Shown: in pieces, positions 57,701-64,000 of the stretch
How the letters are laid out: each line of letters opens with the position of its first letter
Numbering within the stretch: position 1 is the stretch's first letter
From: an uncultured virus (IMG/VR IMGVR_UViG_3300027708_000052)
Taxonomy: Duplodnaviria; Heunggongvirae; Uroviricota; Caudoviricetes
Virus record (IMG/VR): IMGVR_UViG_3300027708_000052
DNA: 64,000 nt
Strand: one strand, 5' to 3'
Made by a program: the position numbers and the translations under genes
The notes under the pieces: model-generated
Told to the model about the DNA's origin: nothing
The model's database searches: none
Seen by the model: only the letters and a program-made list of their open reading frames with translations

Positions 57701-60154
57701 CATATAAGATGCTTTGTTATTACTATACCAAGTATTAGTAATAGTATCGTATGTTGCACCAACCCATATACCTTTGTATGTAGGGTTATTATAATTGTAT
57801 CGAAGAACAAGTTCAGGTAATGTACTATTGCTTCGTGTATCATCAGCGCGGTAATATACGTAACGAATACCTTTTACAAATGTCATATCATCAGCGGGTT
57901 GTAGTCCTATAATAGCATTTTTACCGCCTTTAACCCATTGACCGTTACCCCATCCTTTTTTGGTATTAGTTCTATACCAAGCAAATGAATTTGTAGAATT
58001 ATAATAAGGATAAGAGCCACCAAAACCATGATAGGTATCAAGATTAAATTTACTTGGTAATTGGGTATCAATAGCTATAAAATCTCCTTGATAAGGATAA
58101 TCAGAATAGCTATCACCGGGGCAACCGAACGGGGTAAATAAAACTTGTTTACATGTACAAAGATTGTGATCTTGATACGTTGTATTGGGAGTTGTAATAA
58201 ACTTACAATCGGATTGATGTTGTAATGTAGGAAACACATCACTAATTTTTACTGTATAAGATGGACCAAGCCAGGTAAAATATGTAAAGGTACCAGGCTT
58301 TAAAATACCTTGTAAACTTGTTTGCTGAATTGTTTGAGCTTTTTCAATATAATTGAAAGCGCTAGAATATGAATATAAAGATACTGATTGTCCGTATAAC
58401 CAGCAACACTCTATAGCGTTGTCAATTGTATCGTTATATTTTTTAATTTTATAAATTACGTCAGCACTCGATAAAGCGTTACCGGCAATAGCGTATGGTA
58501 CATTAATATTTTGTACATATGTTGGGGTACAAATATTGGATAAGTTGCTTTGATAGTAATCAGGATAATCTTGTGTCGGGTCTATTTGTTCATAAGGCCA
58601 AACTATTGTACTATTACCGTTTGGTGCTATAGATATATCGGTTTTATTAAATTTATAAAGCCATGCACCACTTAATGAATTATTATAAGTATTATAACTA
58701 GCACTATTATATGCTGGTGGATTATCCCAAACTCTAATTTTATCAGCTTGATTATAATCTATACTAGCGTAAGCCTTATTAGCTACAAGAGTTGTATCGT
58801 TAAGTTTTAATATATTTGTTGAAGTAAGAGTGGTAATATCTGTTGTCCAATAAGCATCTAGTACAAGCTGTTTTATATTATCATCGAGATAAAAATATCT
58901 TGAATCAGCTGATAAACTAAAACCGGACCATTGTATATCTTCAGCAGATACACCATAACCAGGAAACGGGTAACGAAATATAGTCTTATCTCCAGCTTTA
59001 ATTAAAGCTTGCATATTAACTAATGAATGATCGTGTATTTTATTATATAACCAGGCTGCCTGTACACCTAAATCTGATACTACAAATAGAGTATCAGCTA
59101 AATCAACACTGGTACCAGCTGTACCTAATGTATTAAGATTAGTTGCGCTTAGTGCAATAGTTTCGTATCGAGGGCTATTAATACCTTGTGTTGGATACGC
59201 ACCGCTAGGCCAATAAAAAGAATTATCTCCTTTTAGAATTTGTATATCGTATAAATCTTTTTGTGTACTAGGAGGAGTAGTTAGAGTTACAAAATATTTT
59301 TCCTGTCCTATATATTTTTCAGCTAACTGATTGCTAAGAGTTAAAATATTATCATATAATGTTTGTTGATATGCACTAGTTGCGGATAATATAGTAGATG
59401 TATTAGCTATGTCGGCTGATAGAGAATAAACACCTAAATTATAAATCCAATTTGTTGATGTTAATGAAAGACCTTTTGTTGTTAAAAAAGTTTGTAAATT
59501 TGGATTATTTAAATTAAAATAAGCTGATGTGGGTATAGATGCTGTATGATCAAAATAGCTATGAGTGTCATATAATTCTTCTATTTGTATTGTTAATGTG
59601 TCTTTTACAGCGCTTAAAGCTGGAGATGCATTCCAAACTGAAGATGGTAATTCAATTATTTGATTTGGTTTTTGTGTATACTTGTTAAGTATATAATTTT
59701 GAATTTGACTTATAGTACCGACTTCCGTACCTACTTGATTATAAAGAAATCTTGTTTCTTTTATTGCTTTTCTAAGACGTAAATAATACAAAGATATTTC
59801 TTTAAGTTTTTTAGCAAAATAAGGTATAGCGAGTAGTAATTCTTTTTCATTAGTTACATCGACGTTATTGTACCAATTTTCAGCTTCTTCTTGTGAAAAG
59901 AAAAGCTGTAATTGTTTTAATAATAAAAGATAATTAACCTGTATATGAGTTTTTGTACTTGTTTGAGATGTACTATTTTTATTAAACCAGTTTAAAAGAT
60001 ACGTGTTGTATTGTTCAAATTCACTACCTGGTATAATGCCTTGATGAGCATTAATCCATTGTTTAAATGAAAGTGGTATATTTTTATCATTTAACGGTGT
60101 ATATGATAAAGGCTGAGAATACTTACTTAAAAATTGTTGTACACCGGTGCTCAC
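54707..60154 (-). CDS. Giant baseplate/virion structural protein (1815 aa) with C-terminal Ig-like domain
   Basis: GTG start with TAAATA upstream; LPSWVTL...LTGEPP putative Ig motif near the C-terminus. Confidence 0.55.
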   Translation of the reverse strand: MSTGVQQFLSKYSQPLSYTPLNDKNIPLSFKQWINAHQGIIPGSEFEQYNTYLLNWFNKNSTSQTSTKTHIQVNYLLLLKQLQLFFSQEEAENWYNNVDVTNEKELLLAIPYFAKKLKEISLYYLRLRKAIKETRFLYNQVGTEVGTISQIQNYILNKYTQKPNQIIELPSSVWNASPALSAVKDTLTIQIEELYDTHSYFDHTASIPTSAYFNLNNPNLQTFLTTKGLSLTSTNWIYNLGVYSLSADIANTSTILSATSAYQQTLYDNILTLSNQLAEKYIGQEKYFVTLTTPPSTQKDLYDIQILKGDNSFYWPSGAYPTQGINSPRYETIALSATNLNTLGTAGTSVDLADTLFVVSDLGVQAAWLYNKIHDHSLVNMQALIKAGDKTIFRYPFPGYGVSAEDIQWSGFSLSADSRYFYLDDNIKQLVLDAYWTTDITTLTSTNILKLNDTTLVANKAYASIDYNQADKIRVWDNPPAYNSASYNTYNNSLSGAWLYKFNKTDISIAPNGNSTIVWPYEQIDPTQDYPDYYQSNLSNICTPTYVQNINVPYAIAGNALSSADVIYKIKKYNDTIDNAIECCWLYGQSVSLYSYSSAFNYIEKAQTIQQTSLQGILKPGTFTYFTWLGPSYTVKISDVFPTLQHQSDCKFITTPNTTYQDHNLCTCKQVLFTPFGCPGDSYSDYPYQGDFIAIDTQLPSKFNLDTYHGFGGSYPYYNSTNSFAWYRTNTKKGWGNGQWVKGGKNAIIGLQPADDMTFVKGIRYVYYRADDTRSNSTLPELVLRYNYNNPTYKGIWVGATYDTITNTWYSNNKASYMTINPGDNIIYSRANSTTFDLVHQVTTNETVAQNLSSNWSNYDFLTIGNSIIGTPQQVTVSYPVINLNNTQSPPVLSQNVNSYIWSLKAPNNIITFYKDTPSFTFTPYITGLYTVNVSAITNQLSSNNFYNSGAPLVNYVPVSSLPGTYPSNASDSNLINYLSKTYNYNANNLTILSKTTATPVSASYNNLPTLSIVYCLNSYIFPFSNIPAITAVSSSQVQMPSITSINTPVPGFVLNTPLSGWDYNTYKPKTSKTRFNDSGAVPFWGQIYLQKNINTKYKGIESWGTPIRLKDSYNLLTQPEFTNIQLNAGSYIEYTRTYPSNLNWIQPLDLYHYVNTAYWANLKYDTTLNSNLSYQLNNINTTVVVTPDTEATTLVFDNFINNNPVEVFYFAQNSFLWSITATPTIANTVYTDPTVTLGITALNPWGNFSNINNPTVAAFPSFENLYSNNDIGFFTPSNLGISVYNDQYYTTSLNTSSSALTGYFEDSGSIVNSRGLTLTDPSTPYSVTLEDNTWLKEITLSSPTAGNIRNSIFKKYQKFVPYQSTYETNPNVSVGLILPNSRQTPWGGKEDSTWTDTKNNNTSFTGVANTNQWFGSQILKQNQIQLDNWCTDIYGNQYGLYKDIKNIKPADRRDITGEVWVRSNNQFVSPASISLSGIFNTYIDTSSLYNDLTGTGIRKIDTFFDVLYVETSGAVIFEKINYDYTTGIISSYANETRSITFDLPSLSSVWPFATIILPWTTNSRIGETWFLPNEQKVILSMCGLSGNILLPELYQIDLNSLELKLIFPVTKDDIKTLQTNLVLDNTILSIDYPVLSYDDFKKEFVIAVTGKDTNNKDNLFEFSVNYLPTSTLNTVTVYTPTVHNISSDLPILTSPRSITIYDTDTLDYNLTVSNGPAKYEAVYLPSWVTLTNEGYLTGEPPAISSPVYHFATIAVTNANGTVYYSIAIKEIVNYNLELLYASLSTTNTGYLSGYVLEQTLSGTNIVTGRIKLHD

Positions 60155-60160
60155 TATAAA

Positions 60161-63100
60161 TTATTTAAGAAAGAGATTCTTAGTTAACAAGTATCTAAAG
60201 GTATTTTCAACAATTCCATTGTCTCCGTACCAATCTTCAAATGTTGACATTGTCGGGGATAGAGTAGTTTGATCTGAATTCCAATCTATTATGCTATCGA
60301 AAAAATTATTATTATATGAACCTAAATTATAAAAATTATAATTTTGTGTAATTGGCTGTATAAGTCCATAACCAATAAACGACGATAGAGGGTAAACAGT
60401 TGTTAAATTTTGTTTTGGTACTTTTATAATTTGTATTGATTTATCAAATGCATTTTGAGCTATAATAGTGCTATCCGCTGTAACATAATCTGTAGTTGTA
60501 TTATATTTGTTACCAGTGTTTTGTAAAATTTGAGATGTAATTTCATTTACACCGATAAGCTTTGCTTTTGATATTGATAATGTATTAACCATATCTCTTA
60601 TTTCAAATGGGTAATCTGTTACATATTCATTTGCAATTACATCTGTTGCTGCTGCTAGTGATAATAATTGAGATATATTACATGTATCAATATCAGAATG
60701 ATTTTGCACGAAGTTAGCTATTTTTTCATAAACGGTTTTACCGAGATCTTGACTATTAGTTACTGTACCGTTGCCTACTACTGCGGGTAAAAATTGCTCA
60801 AATAAAGCTTTATTAGAATGTAAATTTTCAGGTAATGCTAAAGAGTGATAATGTTCAGCGGTATTAAAAGAATTATTTAAAATTGTTATTTGATTTTCGT
60901 TAATAAAGTCTTTAACTTTAAACGGTACAGATGTACCTGATATAGAAATTGATGAAAGAGAGGATAAAGAAGTATATTTTTGATACCATTTATTACCGGT
61001 CCAATCTCCGGCTGCTTGTGCAGATTGATAGTTAAAATTACCGGATTCTGTGTATGTGAATGCATTATTATTTAAATAGTAGCCGATAGTGTTGTTAGGT
61101 TGTATTTTTATTATTCTTTGTTCGTTAGAAATAGCTGCAGGGATGGCGGATAGATATACCCATGCAGTATTTTTATAAGAATCAATTACCCATAGTCTAT
61201 CATAAACATCTACAGCTATACCGCTAAACTCTTCATCGTCACTGTAGTTATTAAGAATAGGTATGTTAGATCCCGGTACCATATTAACTAATTCATCAGG
61301 GTCTATTATTTCATTAATATTTCCTGGTAAACCAGGGCTTTGTTTTAATGTAAGATGGTCGTCACCTACTCTACTAGCTGACCACAAATATAATTCTTGT
61401 CTTACTATATCGTAATACCCTAAACCTCTGATACTATGTGTAAACCAAATATTACCTTTTCTTGTTAAAGTAATATCACTAGGTCTTGTTATATTGGGTA
61501 TAACAGTTTTTACTCGTAAAGTTTTGCTATCGTAAAGCCTAATGTCCCCGTCTGCTGATAAAACATTATAACTGTTTGCTACCCAGATATTATTATCCTG
61601 ATCAATAGCTAAACTTACAGGTACGCTATATTGAAAATTTTGATCAATAGATAAATTTGTTGGAAGTGGGTCGTTTAAATTAATTAAGTTAATTGGTGTA
61701 CCGCTTAAATTATATTGTATAAGTAAACTACAAAGTGGGTGAGAATACGTAACCCAACAATTGTTATTTTTATCGGTTTCTAAAACAGGGGGTTTAAGTA
61801 AATAATCACTATCAAATTCAGCTAACGGAGATATATTAGTTAATTCGTAAGGGCTAGTAGCAAAAAGTAAATTAAAATTTGAATCAAATTTTAATACATA
61901 GGCACTGTTAAATAAAGATACCCATATATTAGAATTTTTATCTAAAGAAACGGAAACCGGTGTACCTGCTGGCGAGTAGTCTAAACTTTTTGAGTTAGCT
62001 AACGTAATAAAAATATCAGTATTGGCAGGTAATATTGAATCAAATAACAAACTTTGATTAACTGTGTCAAGCTCATAAGTTAAAGAATCTTGATATACAC
62101 CTCCAATATTAATCAAAAAATTTGTATTTACATTAGTAATTGGTATATTGTTAGATAGAAATATAGTGTTTGAAGGTGTTGATAAATTATAAGTCTGAGT
62201 TGTTGGGTTAGTTAGGGAAGGTAAATACCATATCTGTACCGGTACATTAGCCGGTATATTTGTATCAACAAAAACAATACTATTACTAAAAGTATCAATA
62301 GTATATGAAGACGGTGATTGCATAATACCGTCTATTGTTACTATATAATAATTACTGTCGCTATTTAAACTTGCCGAATTACCTAAATTATAAACTATAG
62401 TAGATGAATCTGTAACTGTAAAATTCCAATAACATATAGATGAAATATAAGAATCAGGTAGTTGAGGAGAAAATATTTGTGTAATAGATAAAGTAACTGA
62501 GCCAGGAGGAAGAGAATCATAAGATGTAAATCTTAATGTGTTATCAGATACAACATATAAACTTGTAGGTTGTACTACTCCGTCTATAGCAACAATAAAA
62601 TTATTAGGGTTAGTAGAAACATATTGTTTTACTCCATCAATATAGCTATCTAATTTAAATACTGAGTCATAAAAATTTAAATCTAGTATATTAAATTGCC
62701 ATGTTTTAAAAGTAAGCTCATTAACATTATAACTACCGTAATCATCAAAACTGTATTTATTAATAAGGTTACCGGTATTATCAAATCTATATAAACAATT
62801 AAGTTCGGTATCAGCAGCTACAACACTGTAGTCTATAGGGTCAATAGCCATACTATATATACCTGAAAACCCTGTTAAGTTGTAGTTAAATGTACTAGTT
62901 CCTGTTAAAGATGGTACTTGAACTTCTTTTATATATCCTTCTATTAATAAGCCTTTATTTTTAAAATATTCAATTGTTTTATTGTCATTATTGTATGGTG
63001 TTAAAGTAATTTTATTGAGGGTATTTTGTTCAGGATTAGAGACCCAAATAGATGTATTAGGAGAATAACCATGAGGGTAAGGAAACACGTCTGTTGTTTT

Positions 63101-64000
63101 TACATCTCCAGAGTATACGAGCGCGTTAACATTAATAGCGGTTTCATCTATAGATGATAATACTGTAACCCCTGTAAATATATAACCACCTATATCATTA
63201 TAATTTTGATCTAAAGATTGAAAATATAAAGACGTATCTTCTATAGTGTAGAGGGATGAATCTATACCTGATAATGTAATCTGTATCGGGTCTTTATTAC
63301 CTACGGTATTAGAAGTAGGATAGGAAAAAAGAACATTACTAGTATAAGATTTTGATCCTGGTACTACTAAGGATCTATCTGAATGACATGTAACTAAAAA
63401 AGGAATTTTTATTCCGTTATATTGATATGAATCAATATCGTGTAAATAATTAGCTGTAACTTTAAGATAACTAGGTAGTGGGTCATTAATCAGCCATATT
63501 AAACCGGTACGTACAGTTTCATTATTAGCGTATGATGGATATGAATATATATTTGAATCGTTGGGATTTGTAAAACCAGATGTTTGTAAGGTTGCTGTTA
63601 TAAGAACCGGTGTGTTATTAATAGGGTTACCTGCACTTTTAGAATCTATATAATAAAATTGTACTGAACCTGATACTGCTACTACTGTATTATTTACATA
63701 TAGCGGTACAGGTGTTGCTGTAACGGATGTTACTATATTTGAATTAGTGTCAGTAAAATACCAAGTAGGTGTTAAAAATCCCCATTTGTTAGGTACAAAT
63801 TGATAAGGAGTAGAAACGGAATTAGCTGCGTAAAGATCAATTACAGGTATATTGTTTATATCTGTACTAATAAAAGATACTTCAAACGGTGTTAGAGTTG
63901 GTGCTCCAGGGCTTGCATACTGTTCAGGTATTTTAGTAAAAGTAACATAATCTCTATACGCTAAATCAATATATACACTTTGTTTAAAAGTGCTGCTATT
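60161..64000 (-). CDS. Baseplate-wedge-like protein with NHL/beta-propeller segments; 5'-truncated, frame open to the window end
   Basis: Manual translation of 64000-63089 shows no stop in frame with the tracked 60161..63088 ORF. Three V-x-I-[DG]-G-x2-Q modules; C-terminal ANFV...DIDTCN...LA wedge-like motif. Confidence 0.65.
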   Translation of the reverse strand, partial: NSSTFKQSVYIDLAYRDYVTFTKIPEQYASPGAPTLTPFEVSFISTDINNIPVIDLYAANSVSTPYQFVPNKWGFLTPTWYFTDTNSNIVTSVTATPVPLYVNNTVVAVSGSVQFYYIDSKSAGNPINNTPVLITATLQTSGFTNPNDSNIYSYPSYANNETVRTGLIWLINDPLPSYLKVTANYLHDIDSYQYNGIKIPFLVTCHSDRSLVVPGSKSYTSNVLFSYPTSNTVGNKDPIQITLSGIDSSLYTIEDTSLYFQSLDQNYNDIGGYIFTGVTVLSSIDETAINVNALVYSGDVKTTDVFPYPHGYSPNTSIWVSNPEQNTLNKITLTPYNNDNKTIEYFKNKGLLIEGYIKEVQVPSLTGTSTFNYNLTGFSGIYSMAIDPIDYSVVAADTELNCLYRFDNTGNLINKYSFDDYGSYNVNELTFKTWQFNILDLNFYDSVFKLDSYIDGVKQYVSTNPNNFIVAIDGVVQPTSLYVVSDNTLRFTSYDSLPPGSVTLSITQIFSPQLPDSYISSICYWNFTVTDSSTIVYNLGNSASLNSDSNYYIVTIDGIMQSPSSYTIDTFSNSIVFVDTNIPANVPVQIWYLPSLTNPTTQTYNLSTPSNTIFLSNNIPITNVNTNFLINIGGVYQDSLTYELDTVNQSLLFDSILPANTDIFITLANSKSLDYSPAGTPVSVSLDKNSNIWVSLFNSAYVLKFDSNFNLLFATSPYELTNISPLAEFDSDYLLKPPVLETDKNNNCWVTYSHPLCSLLIQYNLSGTPINLINLNDPLPTNLSIDQNFQYSVPVSLAIDQDNNIWVANSYNVLSADGDIRLYDSKTLRVKTVIPNITRPSDITLTRKGNIWFTHSIRGLGYYDIVRQELYLWSASRVGDDHLTLKQSPGLPGNINEIIDPDELVNMVPGSNIPILNNYSDDEEFSGIAVDVYDRLWVIDSYKNTAWVYLSAIPAAISNEQRIIKIQPNNTIGYYLNNNAFTYTESGNFNYQSAQAAGDWTGNKWYQKYTSLSSLSSISISGTSVPFKVKDFINENQITILNNSFNTAEHYHSLALPENLHSNKALFEQFLPAVVGNGTVTNSQDLGKTVYEKIANFVQNHSDIDTCNISQLLSLAAATDVIANEYVTDYPFEIRDMVNTLSISKAKLIGVNEITSQILQNTGNKYNTTTDYVTADSTIIAQNAFDKSIQIIKVPKQNLTTVYPLSSFIGYGLIQPITQNYNFYNLGSYNNNFFDSIIDWNSDQTTLSPTMSTFEDWYGDNGIVENTFRYLLTKNLFLK

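Noticed and set aside
1795..57820. Many short antisense or nested ORFs in the track (e.g. 2808..3131, 13164..13487, 26299..26568, 31965..32324, 50123..50356)
   Set aside because: They overlap well-supported genes and read as shadow frames without motifs.
1..64000. Alternative genetic code (stop-codon reassignment)
   Set aside because: Standard code gives long, tightly tiling ORFs and intact core genes; TAG and TGA act as normal stops in several genes.

Overview
AT-rich, gene-dense segment of a large T4-like (Tevenvirinae-related, myovirus-type) bacteriophage genome, mostly late/structural genes on the minus strand. Recognisable core: major capsid gp23, scaffold gp22, prohead protease gp21, head-completion gp4, neck gp13/gp14, a two-gene gp5-like baseplate hub/spike, PhoH, and a plus-strand lysis cassette (GAF-domain holin-like protein, unimolecular-spanin-like lipoprotein, 2-TM holin, lysozyme). 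About 45 kb encodes very large baseplate/fibre/adhesin proteins. The most striking structure is a modular appendage arsenal. Six genes share one N-terminal (EC)IGDS-x3-INNNF anchor fused to different heads, two further anchor families occur, and several conserved folds (OB-fold, LamG, PKD, a cyanophage-type fibre domain) carry whole domains inserted inside them. There is also a Cys/Trp repeat shared between two giant proteins. Most genes are preceded by a TAAATA late-promoter-like motif a few bases before the start codon, with no Shine-Dalgarno. Both terminal ORFs are truncated by the window. No tRNA, rRNA, CRISPR, integrase or reverse transcriptase was seen. All family calls come from motif recognition by eye, not database searches.
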